A stretch of 34,452 nucleotides of DNA from Fidelibacterota bacterium (GCA_049975265.1 JBNGDF010000026.1:1-34452), one strand, 5' to 3'. Shown: positions 9,235-18,733, counted from the first letter of the stretch. Notes: generated by a model not told the origin, from the letters alone. Numbers and translations: made by a program.

Positions 9235-9753
9235 ATGAGACTCAATGAGAAACTCTACAAACAGCTTAATGAGCAGGTTAAACACGAGCTTGAATCGGCT
9301 TACATATATTACGCCATGGTATCCTATTTCGCCGCCGAAGGTCTGGACGGTATGGCGCAGTGGATGACCGCCCAGGCACAGGAAGAAATCGTGCATGCTC
9401 ATAAATTCTTCAATTTCATCCACGAACGTGGCGGCAAGGTCGAACTACAGGATTTAAAAATTCTGAAGACCAGCTGGGAATCCCCTCATGCAGCATTTAA
9501 GGATGCTTTGGAGCACGAACAGTTTATCACCGGTAAGATCAACGATCTGATGACACTTGCAATTGAGGTCAACGACTATGCGGCAAAAGTGCTGCTGGAT
9601 TGGTTTGTCGCCGAACAGGTCGAAGAGGAGGACAGCGTCGGTAAAGTTGAGCAGATGCTGCGCCGGGTTGGCGACTCCGGCAACGGTTTGATGATGATTG
9701 ACCGCGAGCTGGGAACACGGGTGTTCACCCCGCCCCCTTCGGAAGGAGAATAG
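9235..9753 (+). CDS. ftn: Non-heme ferritin
   Basis: LNEQVKHELESAYIY, QAQEEIVHA, HEQFIT, WFVAEQVEEE ferroxidase motifs. ATG 9235 follows the dfx stop. Confidence 0.93.
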   Translation: MRLNEKLYKQLNEQVKHELESAYIYYAMVSYFAAEGLDGMAQWMTAQAQEEIVHAHKFFNFIHERGGKVELQDLKILKTSWESPHAAFKDALEHEQFITGKINDLMTLAIEVNDYAAKVLLDWFVAEQVEEEDSVGKVEQMLRRVGDSGNGLMMIDRELGTRVFTPPPSEGE

Positions 9754-9756
9754 CCC

Positions 9757-10254
9757 ATGCCCTTGCAGTTCAGTATCGAAGAGGTGTTTGAAATCGCCGA
9801 ACAGATCGAACGCAACGGCGCCAGGTATTACCAGAAAGCCGCCAACCAGGTAGACGATCAAAACTACAAACGGCTGTTTCTGGACCTGGTGGACATGGAA
9901 AAAAAACATGAACGTGTTTTCGCCTATTTGAAGGAGAAGATCGCCGAGCGCAAACTGGCGCCGGACTATCTCGACCCGGATGCCAGCGCGGTCCGCTATT
10001 TGCGCACCTTTGCAGATGGGGCGGTCTTTGACCTGAACGCCGATCCCAGCGAGTACCTCTCCACAAACCGAAGCCTGGAGGATATTCTGAACTATGCCAT
10101 CGGACTGGAGAAGGATTCAATCGTTTTCTACTACGGTATCCAGGAGCTGATTCCCGAAGATTTGGGGAAAGACCGAATTCATACCATCATCAAAGAAGAA
10201 ATGAAGCATATTATTTTCCTGAATGACAAAATCAAAGCTCTCCGGGATTTATAA
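9757..10254 (+). CDS. Rubrerythrin-like (ferritin-like di-iron) protein without rubredoxin domain
   Basis: AEQIERNG..YY, MEKKHE, AIGLEKDSIVFY, EEMKH (paired E / ExxH motifs). AGGAG RBS. Confidence 0.88.
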   Translation: MPLQFSIEEVFEIAEQIERNGARYYQKAANQVDDQNYKRLFLDLVDMEKKHERVFAYLKEKIAERKLAPDYLDPDASAVRYLRTFADGAVFDLNADPSEYLSTNRSLEDILNYAIGLEKDSIVFYYGIQELIPEDLGKDRIHTIIKEEMKHIIFLNDKIKALRDL

Positions 10255-10267
10255 TCAATCATCTCAG

Positions 10268-10306
10268 AAGAAAGAGCCCGGTTTTCCAGTCGGGCTCTTT
10301 TCTTTT
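10268..10306 (+). terminator. Rho-independent terminator of the dfx-ftn-rbr operon
   Basis: AAAGAGCCCG-loop-CGGGCTCTTT followed by TCTTTT. Confidence 0.88.
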
Positions 10307-10320
10307 ACCCTAAATTAATC

Positions 10321-10349
10321 TTGACATAGGTTCAATTCCATCGTATTTT
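10321..10349 (+). promoter_or_regulatory. sigma70-type promoter of tetR
   Basis: TTGACA-N17-TATTTT. Confidence 0.7.
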
Positions 10350-10374
10350 CGACCAGAATCGATATTTGGTCGAA
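10348..10374. promoter_or_regulatory. Inverted repeat, candidate TetR operator
   Basis: TTCGACCA-N11-TGGTCGAA overlapping the -10/+1 region directly before tetR. Confidence 0.65.
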
Positions 10375-10378
10375 TTAT

Positions 10379-10957
10379 ATGAACAGAAGAGAACAAAAAC
10401 GAGAATTAATCATACTAACAGCCCGGAACATCTTTTCGCTTTTTGGTTTGAATAAAACCACGATGGAGCAGATCGCCAGAACCACACGCATGGGCAAAGC
10501 GACTCTCTACCACTATTTTCGTGATAAAGAACATTTACTGTATGAAGTGTTCCGGCGAGAAACAAGAATGCTGATGGATGCGATAAATGATTCGGTTAAG
10601 GACATTACCAATCCCAAAGATAAATTACGGAAGTATATTCATGTACGGATGAATTACCTGAACAAACTGGTAATCGCCAACTCAGCTCTGCGGGATGATT
10701 ATCTGAATCATCTGTCAAGCGTCCAAAAAATCCGGTCCAAATTCAATAATTACGAGATACAGATGCTTTCATCAATTATCCAGAACGGCATTGACAACCG
10801 GGTCTTTACGGTGCCGGATGTCAGCGAAATCATAAAAGTTTTTGCCATCGCTCTGCGTGGAATGGAGATTTCTCTTATGACCGATTCATTTAGAAAAAAT
10901 GATCCGGCTCAGATAAATTTATTAACGGACACACTGCTGTATGGAATCTGTAAATAA
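10379..10957 (+). CDS. TetR/AcrR family transcriptional regulator
   Basis: N-terminal HTH F..FGLNKTTMEQIA....MGKATLYHYFRDKEHL. Confidence 0.95.
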   Translation: MNRREQKRELIILTARNIFSLFGLNKTTMEQIARTTRMGKATLYHYFRDKEHLLYEVFRRETRMLMDAINDSVKDITNPKDKLRKYIHVRMNYLNKLVIANSALRDDYLNHLSSVQKIRSKFNNYEIQMLSSIIQNGIDNRVFTVPDVSEIIKVFAIALRGMEISLMTDSFRKNDPAQINLLTDTLLYGICK

Positions 10958-11056
10958 TTTTCCCCGGGAATTCCGGAGAATTAACGAGACAGCTTGCTGT
11001 ATCAATCATCATTCTTTACAAAGTTTTTCTACTGAATTAATCAAGGAGGTGTTAGA

Positions 11057-11341
11057 ATGGTTGATCTGTTGAAAAAAGTGATGCTCGCAGGGCTGGGAGC
11101 TTTTGCCATTACCAAGGAAAAAGCCGAAGAGATCGTTGATGAACTGATTAAAAAAGGTGAATTGACAGAGGACAAGCGGTTGAAAACCGTCCAGGACTTG
11201 CTGGACAAAGCCCGGGAACAGGAAGACGCTCTCAATGCAAAAGTCGCTGCCACAGTCAAAAACGTGCTTGAAAAACTCGATCTTCCGACCCGTAAGGACA
11301 TCGCCCGATTGGAAAAAAAGATCGATCAGCTGATCAGGTAA
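11057..11341 (+). CDS. Phasin-family / YqjD-like small coiled-coil protein
   Basis: LLKKVMLAGLGAFAITKEKAEEIVDELIKKGEL...PTRKDIARLEKKID. Strong AAGGAGGT RBS. Confidence 0.75.
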   Translation: MVDLLKKVMLAGLGAFAITKEKAEEIVDELIKKGELTEDKRLKTVQDLLDKAREQEDALNAKVAATVKNVLEKLDLPTRKDIARLEKKIDQLIR

Positions 11342-11369
11342 TAAACAGGTCCGGACAGGCAATCACTTT

Positions 11370-13043
11370 ATGTCGGTTATTCGCTTTTCCCGTAATTATC
11401 GCAATATCAAACGCTACCGTCAGATTCTTGGGGTTCTGGTCCGCTACGGTTTTGGCGACATTATCAGCCGACTCAATCTCGATTTTTTCATTAAGTCACT
11501 CAAGTTCAAAAGTCTGAAAAAGGACCAATTCGAGAGAGTGTCAACCGCCAGTCGTCTGCGGATGGTCTTTGAAGAGCTGGGACCGACTTTTGTGAAACTC
11601 GGACAAATTCTGAGTGTGCGTCCCGATATCCTTCCGGAAAATTACATCACCGAGCTGCAGAAACTGCAGGACAGCGTTCCGACGTTCCCCGGTACTCAGG
11701 CACAACAAGCGATCGAACGCCAATTTGGAAAAGATATCGACCAGCTGTTCACTTTTTTTGATATCACTCCCATCGCATCCGCCTCCATCGTCCAGGTGCA
11801 CCGCGCCACTACCAAACAGCAAACCGAGGTGATTGTCAAAATCCGGCGTCCGAATATTCAGCAGATTATTGATACCGATTTGCAAATCCTGTTCGACCTG
11901 GCGCGTCTGATTGAGCGCAACGTGCCGGAAAGTCACCTCTTCTCGCCCACCCGAATCGTCACCGAATTTTCCCAAACCATCCGACGTGAGCTGGACCTGT
12001 ACCGGGAAGCCCAGAATATCGAACGGTTCCGAAAAAATTTCGCGGACGAAGATACCGTTTACATACCGGACGTATGTTGGGAACTGACCTCTGAACAGAT
12101 TTTAACAATGGACTATATTCAGGGCATTAAAATCTCCGATACTGCCGCTCTGGATGCCGCCGGGCTGGACCGCAAAACCATCGCCGTCAACGGTGCGCAG
12201 CTGATTTTAAAGCAGATTTTCGAGCACGGCTTTTTTCATGCCGATCCTCATCCGGGCAATATTTTTGTATTACCGGGGAATGTGATCGCCCCCTTGGATT
12301 TTGGCATGGTCGGTAATCTCGATGAAGAAGAGATGGAAACCGTCAGTGCCCTGCTGACGGCTTTTGTGAAAAAGGATATCAAACGAATCATCGATGCACT
12401 GATCAATCTCGACGTACTTGACCAAACCACCGATACCCGCGAGCTGAAGCTGGATTTAGCCGACTTTATCGATCGCTACTATCAGGTTCCATTACAGCAA
12501 CTGAATATTGGGAATATCGTCACCGAAGTGATTGCCATTATGCGACGATATCAAATTCCCCTGCCTGCCGAACTGACCCTCATGGGCAAGGCGCTGATTA
12601 CCGAAGAGGCTATTGGTCGAACCCTGGACCCGGAATTTGATATGGTCACCCTCGCCAGACCGTACGTCGAAAGGCTGCTGCTGCGCAGACTGGACCCGCG
12701 CCGGCAACTAAAAGAATTCGCCGGCAGTATCGACGATTTTATTCGTCTTTTGAAAACATTTCCATCCGAGCTAAAAATCATCATTGCAAAAATCAAACAG
12801 GGTAAAATCAAAATACAGTTTGAGCATCACGGGTTGGAGCAGCATATAGCCAGACTCAATCAGATGGGCAACCGGCTGGCGTTCAGCCTCATCGTCGCCG
12901 GTTTCGTCATCGGATCGTCCCTAATCATTCATAGTGGCAAAGGACATCAGATCTTTAATCTGTCTATTTTTGGAATTACCGGCTATCTGATTGCCGCCTT
13001 TTTTGGTCTATGGCTCGCCATCAATATTTTTCGGAATCGTTAA
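11370..13043 (+). CDS. UbiB/ABC1/AarF family atypical kinase
   Basis: ELGPTFVKLGQ (KxGQ), IASAS, HADPHPGN, LDFGMVG, two C-terminal TM helices. Confidence 0.93.
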   Translation: MSVIRFSRNYRNIKRYRQILGVLVRYGFGDIISRLNLDFFIKSLKFKSLKKDQFERVSTASRLRMVFEELGPTFVKLGQILSVRPDILPENYITELQKLQDSVPTFPGTQAQQAIERQFGKDIDQLFTFFDITPIASASIVQVHRATTKQQTEVIVKIRRPNIQQIIDTDLQILFDLARLIERNVPESHLFSPTRIVTEFSQTIRRELDLYREAQNIERFRKNFADEDTVYIPDVCWELTSEQILTMDYIQGIKISDTAALDAAGLDRKTIAVNGAQLILKQIFEHGFFHADPHPGNIFVLPGNVIAPLDFGMVGNLDEEEMETVSALLTAFVKKDIKRIIDALINLDVLDQTTDTRELKLDLADFIDRYYQVPLQQLNIGNIVTEVIAIMRRYQIPLPAELTLMGKALITEEAIGRTLDPEFDMVTLARPYVERLLLRRLDPRRQLKEFAGSIDDFIRLLKTFPSELKIIIAKIKQGKIKIQFEHHGLEQHIARLNQMGNRLAFSLIVAGFVIGSSLIIHSGKGHQIFNLSIFGITGYLIAAFFGLWLAINIFRNR

Positions 13044-13112
13044 GTTTATGTTTAAAATGAAATTCTAGAACAATATGTATCACCTCTGCCTACAGGGATT
13101 TGCAAAAATACC

Positions 13113-13553
13113 ATGATTCGCAGATTTACGAAATTTACTGTCCGGGGAATTGTGGGCGGGATCGTTGATTCATTGGTGCTGCTACTTTTATCGGAATTCG
13201 TTTTTAACACCTATGTTCTGGAATATATCATCGCACCGGCGATCTCCTTTGAAGTCTCGCTGAGCGTTACCTATACCATGTGCTATTTATGGATCTGGAA
13301 TCATCGCGTTCAGAATACGCTAGGGGATTTTGTGCGCCGCTTTCCCGTATACAATCTCAGCGCGGTGGTGGCATTCGGCGTCAAATTAATCCTCCTGATC
13401 CTGTTCGAAAGACTGTGGCACTTTCGCCCGGTCATCTGCAATATCCTGGCGCTCTCGGTTTCGGGTTTCTTCAGTTTTTTTCTCGGTGATAAAGTCGTCT
13501 TCAGACTAACACGGGGAAAGGCAGATGATAAAACCGTATACAAAGTTGGATAA
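13113..13553 (+). CDS. GtrA family small membrane protein
   Basis: RFTKFTVRGIVGGIVD start, about 4 TM helices, W..W and C-terminal VVF pattern. Confidence 0.75.
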   Translation: MIRRFTKFTVRGIVGGIVDSLVLLLLSEFVFNTYVLEYIIAPAISFEVSLSVTYTMCYLWIWNHRVQNTLGDFVRRFPVYNLSAVVAFGVKLILLILFERLWHFRPVICNILALSVSGFFSFFLGDKVVFRLTRGKADDKTVYKVG

Positions 13554-13622
13554 ATCTGTTGCCTGTCGGAACACAACCGGCGGAACCGGTTTCCATATAC
13601 AGAAAGGGGTAATGAATCTGAA

Positions 13623-14324
13623 ATGAGTAATCATGCAAAAAAATTCAGGTCACACATTCGGATCAACGAAAGTATCCTTGGAGCATTGGAACGCAAGGTA
13701 TTGTTGCGGCTTGCGAAAAAGATGCCGGACTGGGTCACACCCGATCTGATGACCTTCAGCGGATTCCTCGCCACCCTGATTATCTTTCTGAGCTATTGGC
13801 TGAGCAATTTTCATCCCGGCTATCTCTGGCTGGCAAATTTGGGATTTATTTTAAACTGGGTTGGTGACAGTCTGGACGGAACACTGGCGCGCTACCGCCA
13901 TATCGAACGACCGCAATACGGCTTTTATGTGGATCATACAACCGATGCACTTGGTCAAATTATCATTATCACCGGTCTGGGAATCTCACCCTACATCAGT
14001 TTTACTGTAGCACTGTTAGCTGTCATCGCCTATTTGCTGTTATCAATTCATGTCTACATCCGCACCTATGTCGTCGGCGTTTTCCGGATTTCATATTTGA
14101 GAATTGGACCCACAGAGGTTCGCATGATCCTGATTCTGTTCAATACCGCGATGTTTTTCTTTGGTATTCCCAGGATCGAGATATTGTCACATACCGTGAT
14201 CCTCTACGACGTTCTGGCCCTCGTCGTCACCGGTATCATGTTTCTGCTGTTTCTGGTTCATTCCGTCAAGGGAGCCATTCAGCTCCAAAACGCAGATCGC
14301 AACAACCCTGCCGATTCAACCTAA
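13623..14324 (+). CDS. CDP-alcohol phosphatidyltransferase family protein
   Basis: TPD, GDSLDGTLARYR..RPQYGFYVDHTTD (DxxDGxxAR...GxxxDxxxD). Confidence 0.92.
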   Translation: MSNHAKKFRSHIRINESILGALERKVLLRLAKKMPDWVTPDLMTFSGFLATLIIFLSYWLSNFHPGYLWLANLGFILNWVGDSLDGTLARYRHIERPQYGFYVDHTTDALGQIIIITGLGISPYISFTVALLAVIAYLLLSIHVYIRTYVVGVFRISYLRIGPTEVRMILILFNTAMFFFGIPRIEILSHTVILYDVLALVVTGIMFLLFLVHSVKGAIQLQNADRNNPADST

Positions 14325-14422
14325 GACGGTATAAGTTTACAATAAATGAGGCTGGACAGTGTTAGATAAAAAATTATCTATCCGAAAGCCGGAGTTGGAA
14401 TAATATTTATTGGATTTCACAC

Positions 14423-15184
14423 TTAATAATTGCCATGCTGCTCAATCCGCCGCGGACGGTAACTGAAGTAAAGATCGTCATCCTTGAAACATAAACCGAC
14501 CACCGTGCTATCGGCGATATCTTCAACTGCCACGACCTGAAAATCATCATCTGTGATAATCAGTTTGTCCTCATAGAGCGTATCCAGCCCCAGCATGTAA
14601 AACCGGGCATCCTTTTGGGCAATTGCCCAGATACCGTGATACGTCGTATCAATTAAGTCAAGTGAAAAGAGGTGGTCAGAGCCGGCTATATGAGGTCGTG
14701 TTTTGCTAACGGTACGCGCCCGGTACACATTTCTCCGGTCGAGATTCCGGTACAGCAGTAACAGTGAATCTTTCTGCGGCAGATAGCAGATTCCGCTGGA
14801 CATCCAGTGGCTCGCATCGAGGCTGTCCCAGCGCATATAGGCACGTTCACCAATAAGTGAACTTTTTATGATTCCACCGTTGTTTCGGGACTGCAGGTAG
14901 ATATCAATCCCATCAGTCGTCATTGCCAGAAAGCCCTGACCGTTCAGCGACAGGTCAAAGGCATCATCCACATGTGTTCCTGTTGCATCGAACCGGATCA
15001 GATCAATCTGATCGCCCGCATGTCCCGACAGATCGTAGTTGGTGGTAAAGAAGTGATCGTTCACGTAGCATATATCGGCGATGTCATCATAAAAAGTATC
15101 TTTTTGCGTGTTCACCGCAGAATCATCGGCGCACCGCACAAGTACGAGGCTCAGGATAAGAGCAAAATAGGATAAAAATTTCAT
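14423..15184 (-). CDS. Hypothetical exported protein, probable lipoprotein, beta-rich
   Basis: AAGGAGGA RBS. Signal peptide ending LVRC. Repeating short beta-strand pattern suggests a propeller. Confidence 0.6.
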   Translation of the reverse strand: MKFLSYFALILSLVLVRCADDSAVNTQKDTFYDDIADICYVNDHFFTTNYDLSGHAGDQIDLIRFDATGTHVDDAFDLSLNGQGFLAMTTDGIDIYLQSRNNGGIIKSSLIGERAYMRWDSLDASHWMSSGICYLPQKDSLLLLYRNLDRRNVYRARTVSKTRPHIAGSDHLFSLDLIDTTYHGIWAIAQKDARFYMLGLDTLYEDKLIITDDDFQVVAVEDIADSTVVGLCFKDDDLYFSYRPRRIEQHGNY

Positions 15185-15271
15185 ATTTCCTCCTTCATTT
15201 ATTTCGCCTTTTAAGCATAATTACTTACGCCCGATTTCGCCCGAAAGTTCCATTCCCAATTTTCAATTATA

Positions 15272-15919
15272 TCAAAAGCCGTACTGCAGACCGCCGGCGA
15301 TCCAGAGATTGAATTTGCGCGACGGATTTGATGTATCGCTGACCGGCAGAATACCGGCACAACCACGCAGCTGCGCATAAAAATGCTCGCTGACCTGAAG
15401 CTGTCCGCCGACGATGAATCCCAGATCGTATTTACGCACACTATTTACCTCATCCTCAATTTTTGAATTACCAAATTTATTGGCAGCCGTAGCGGCGATA
15501 TTCCAGGAGATATAGGACCCGAAAAAAAGGTCTGTGAAAAGCTCCTTATCAATGGGAATAGACGACTGAAACAGCAGCGGCAGATCAAGATAAGTCAGTT
15601 CCAGCAATGCTTCGCTCTTGTCATCCTGCAGATCCGCAGGATTCTCATACAGCAGGCGATACCCCCGCATACAGATGGTTATTTCCGGTCGGAAATTCAG
15701 GTTTTCCGCCATCGGAATCAGGGAAAAAACCCCCAGCCAACTGCCCAGACGCCAGGACTCTTTCGTCACATGCGCGCCCCAAAGCCGGGCGACCGTCATA
15801 CCACCGATCAATCCTTTTTGAACCATACGCAGCTGACCCGTTGCAGTCGGACCGGACAGCATGCAAAAGAGGATAATTTTAATGGTAATCTGGCACGTTT
15901 TTCGGTGATTATTGATCAT
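15272..15919 (-). CDS. Porin-family / OMP beta-barrel protein
   Basis: Signal-like N-terminus, GLIGG, FRPEI..RG, LTYLDLPLL, DLGFIVG, C-terminal LQYGF. Start overlaps the upstream stop (ATGA). Confidence 0.75.
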   Translation of the reverse strand: MINNHRKTCQITIKIILFCMLSGPTATGQLRMVQKGLIGGMTVARLWGAHVTKESWRLGSWLGVFSLIPMAENLNFRPEITICMRGYRLLYENPADLQDDKSEALLELTYLDLPLLFQSSIPIDKELFTDLFFGSYISWNIAATAANKFGNSKIEDEVNSVRKYDLGFIVGGQLQVSEHFYAQLRGCAGILPVSDTSNPSRKFNLWIAGGLQYGF

Positions 15920-16371
15920 TTCACCAATATCTGAAAAACCTGCTGTGGTTCGATCCGGTAACGGCTGCCCACGCCCTGGAAAAAATGGTGTTTTTCGATC
16001 AGATGAATACCCAATTTTGTAATGATCAGAGAATTACCGCTGTATTCATCGGTAATTACCGCTTCACCCTTTTCAAAGACGCCATCGCCCCGAAAAGGCG
16101 AAGGAATGCGCCCCATGGATTCATAAAACCGACCGGTCACTCCGGGCAACAGTGTCACATCTTTCCCCAATCCTTCCCGGCTACGTTCATAAGCATCATT
16201 CAACAGCTGCACCGCCTCGTCCAGCGTCCGACCGATTTCTTCCAATTGGCGTAAATCATCGGCAATAATCTCATCAACAGGGCGCTGGTCACTCCCCAGA
16301 AATCCATCGGCTGAAAACTTGGACGCCTGTAGATTTGACGACAGCGATTTATCCCGCGGAGATTCCTTCAT
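15916..16371 (-). CDS. Hypothetical soluble protein linked to nqrF-like gene
   Basis: Starts 11 nt after the nqrF-like stop with a GGGGAG RBS. Motif-like segments GFLGSD, GRIPSPF, HLIEKHHFFQG..SRYRIEP. Confidence 0.7.
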   Translation of the reverse strand: MKESPRDKSLSSNLQASKFSADGFLGSDQRPVDEIIADDLRQLEEIGRTLDEAVQLLNDAYERSREGLGKDVTLLPGVTGRFYESMGRIPSPFRGDGVFEKGEAVITDEYSGNSLIITKLGIHLIEKHHFFQGVGSRYRIEPQQVFQILVK

Positions 16372-16382
16372 TACTCACTCCC

Positions 16383-17495
16383 CTACGCAAATTTGTCATA
16401 AAAGATTTTATTTTCAGGCATCCCTGCTTTCGTCAGGACTGCCACACAGGCGTCGATCATCACGGGTGAACCGCACAGATAGGCTTCGTACCGGCTGCAA
16501 TCGGGAAAGTGGCGGGCGACAACGTCCGTGATCATACCCCGCTCTCCCTCCCACTCCGAATCCTCCGGTTCGGCGGAAAGCGCTGGCACAAATGTAAACC
16601 ATGGCAGCTCCCGCTCCAACCGGCGCAATTCTTCCAGGTAAAACAGGTCCGCCTGGGTGCGGGCACCGAAAAAATAGGTCGTTTCCCGCGTTATGTTTCT
16701 GTCCTTCATATCCCGGATAATGCTCCAAATCGGCGCCATTCCGCTGCCACCGGCAATACAGATAATCGGTGCACCGGTATCACTCAAATGAAACTCCCCA
16801 TACGGACCGGAGAAGGTTACCTCCTGTCCCTCTTTTAAATGTTCGAAAATCCATGTCGTGCAGATTCCGTCGGGAACCAGACGAATGTTCAGCCCGACAG
16901 CCCGGTTATCTGATGGTACCGATGCGATTGAATAGGCGCGCATGACCGATTCCCGCCCTTTGTACTCCGCTGATTCCAGTTGAATATACTGACCTGCGAC
17001 AAAATCAATGAGTTCCGGCTCTTTCAGACGAATCCGCAACTCAAGGATATCGTAAGTCAGCGGCTTTTTTTGTTCAAGAATCCCAACAAACCGCCGCACC
17101 GAAAACAGCTCTTTTGGAATTTCAATCTGCAGGTCACCACGCACTTTCACCTGACATGACAGGCGCACATGATTCTCCCGCTCATCATCAGACAGATAGG
17201 GTGCCTCCACCGGTCCGATCTCGCCACCACCACGCAATACACGCACTTTGCAATATGCGCAACTGCCCCGACCACCACAAGCCGACGGAATGAAAATATT
17301 ATTTTCGGCTAACAGGGCAAGCAGCGACGAACCGCCCTGAACAGTCAGCTCTTTTTCACCATTATTGATCGTGATGTGACATTCACCATAATTGAGAATA
17401 CGCCGCTCAGCCAGCACCAGCAGAATTGCCAGAATCAATCCTGTACCCGTGATAAAACCTGTGGCAATGATAATTGACTGAATCAATCTGCACAC
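16383..17495 (-). CDS. nqrF: NqrF-like NADH:flavin/[2Fe-2S] reductase subunit
   Basis: N-terminal [12 protein letters not shown]...RLSCQ [2Fe-2S], RAYSI (FAD), GGSGMAP (NADH), YLCG, C-terminal DKF. Start GTG 17495 or TTG 17486. Confidence 0.85.
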   Translation of the reverse strand: MCRLIQSIIIATGFITGTGLILAILLVLAERRILNYGECHITINNGEKELTVQGGSSLLALLAENNIFIPSACGGRGSCAYCKVRVLRGGGEIGPVEAPYLSDDERENHVRLSCQVKVRGDLQIEIPKELFSVRRFVGILEQKKPLTYDILELRIRLKEPELIDFVAGQYIQLESAEYKGRESVMRAYSIASVPSDNRAVGLNIRLVPDGICTTWIFEHLKEGQEVTFSGPYGEFHLSDTGAPIICIAGGSGMAPIWSIIRDMKDRNITRETTYFFGARTQADLFYLEELRRLERELPWFTFVPALSAEPEDSEWEGERGMITDVVARHFPDCSRYEAYLCGSPVMIDACVAVLTKAGMPENKIFYDKFA

Positions 17496-17505
17496 CCAAT
17501 CGCAA

Positions 17506-18114
17506 TCAAATCTTAATCATCCCGGAAAACCCGATAAACGACAGCGAGATAATGCCGATGATAATCAGTGTAATACCAGGCCCAGCCAGACCACGCGGCA
17601 GCGCTTCTTCCCGGATTTTCTCCCGAATGCCGCCGATCAGGGTAATCGCAAGGAACCAACCAAATCCACCTCCCAACCCGAACGCAAAGGTCTGCCAGAA
17701 ACCGTACGGTTTATTTAACATAAAAAGCGAAATTCCCAAAATGGCACAGTTTACGGTAATCAGCGGCAGAAATATACCCAGCGCATTGTATAACGCCGGC
17801 GAAAAACGCTCTACGATCATTTCAATCAGCTGTACAAATGCCGCGATGACGACAATGAAGGTTATCAGTCGTAAAAATTCCAACCCCAGGGGCACCAAAA
17901 GGTAGTAATACACGAGATAGTTCAACGCCGCCGTCGAGGCAGTCACAAAAATCACCGCCGCTCCGAGACCGATGCTGGTATCCACCTTTTTGGAGACACC
18001 CAGGCAGGAACACATTCCCAGAAAACGTGCCAGCAAGATATTATCGGTAAAAGCCGCGGACATAAAAATCAGTACCATTGAGGAAAAGAGACTTAAGTCT
18101 TGCAGCGTACTCAT
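17506..18114 (-). CDS. nqrE: NqrE/RnfA-family membrane subunit
   Basis: NILLARFLGMC, LGIFLPLITVNCAILG. Both Fe-S ligand Cys present. Confidence 0.85.
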   Translation of the reverse strand: MSTLQDLSLFSSMVLIFMSAAFTDNILLARFLGMCSCLGVSKKVDTSIGLGAAVIFVTASTAALNYLVYYYLLVPLGLEFLRLITFIVVIAAFVQLIEMIVERFSPALYNALGIFLPLITVNCAILGISLFMLNKPYGFWQTFAFGLGGGFGWFLAITLIGGIREKIREEALPRGLAGPGITLIIIGIISLSFIGFSGMIKI

Positions 18115-18115
18115 A

Positions 18116-18733
18116 TCAGACTTTCCTTTCCGGCTTTACCGGCGACAGGCTGCGAGCGATCCAGGTAGCCAGCGCCAGCATGAAAAAGGCACCCGGCGGC
18201 ATAACCATAATGGTCCACTGATGCCACCAGACATCCCGCGCCGGCAATGCATAACCGAGCAGGGTACCGAATCCCAGTGGCTCCCGGATCAGAGCGATGG
18301 CAATCAGAATCAGTGAATAACCCAACCCCATGGCGATACCATCCAGAAAGGATGCCCAGGGACGATTCTGACTGGCAAAGGCTTCAGCCCGCCCCATGAT
18401 GATGCAATTGGTAATGATCAGACCGACATAGGGTCCGATGAACCGGTGAATATCGGGATTCAGAGCTTTGATAATAATGTCCACCATCATCACATAACTG
18501 GCAATAATCAGCACCTGCACAATCATTCGGATTCGACGGGGGATCAGATTCCGCAGCGCCGAAATAGTCAAATTGGACAGTGCTGTTACAAAAATGACAC
18601 CGAAGCACATAAAGAATGTGTTCGCCAGCAGATTCGTCACCGCCAGCGTCGAGCAGACCCCCAGCACCTGGCGGAAAATGGGATTCTCCTCCCACAGACC
18701 TTTGATAAATATTTTCTTTGACGTATCAGCCAT
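18116..18733 (-). CDS. nqrD: NqrD/RnfE-family membrane subunit
   Basis: NPIFRQVLGVCSTLAVT, VGLIITNCIIMGRAEAFA, PPGAFF. Start probably MADTS at 18733. Confidence 0.87.
   Translation of the reverse strand: MADTSKKIFIKGLWEENPIFRQVLGVCSTLAVTNLLANTFFMCFGVIFVTALSNLTISALRNLIPRRIRMIVQVLIIASYVMMVDIIIKALNPDIHRFIGPYVGLIITNCIIMGRAEAFASQNRPWASFLDGIAMGLGYSLILIAIALIREPLGFGTLLGYALPARDVWWHQWTIMVMPPGAFFMLALATWIARSLSPVKPERKV

Noticed and set aside
10956..10982. Imperfect palindrome after tetR, and TAGATAA-N4-TTATCTA at 14363-14380
   Set aside because: Both are weak stems with no U-tract and no similarity to the TetR operator, so no function can be supported.
11370..13043. Calling the kinase ubiB (ubiquinone synthesis) or the block a PHA operon
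   Set aside because: There are no other ubi genes or phaC in the window, and the family is widespread outside those pathways.
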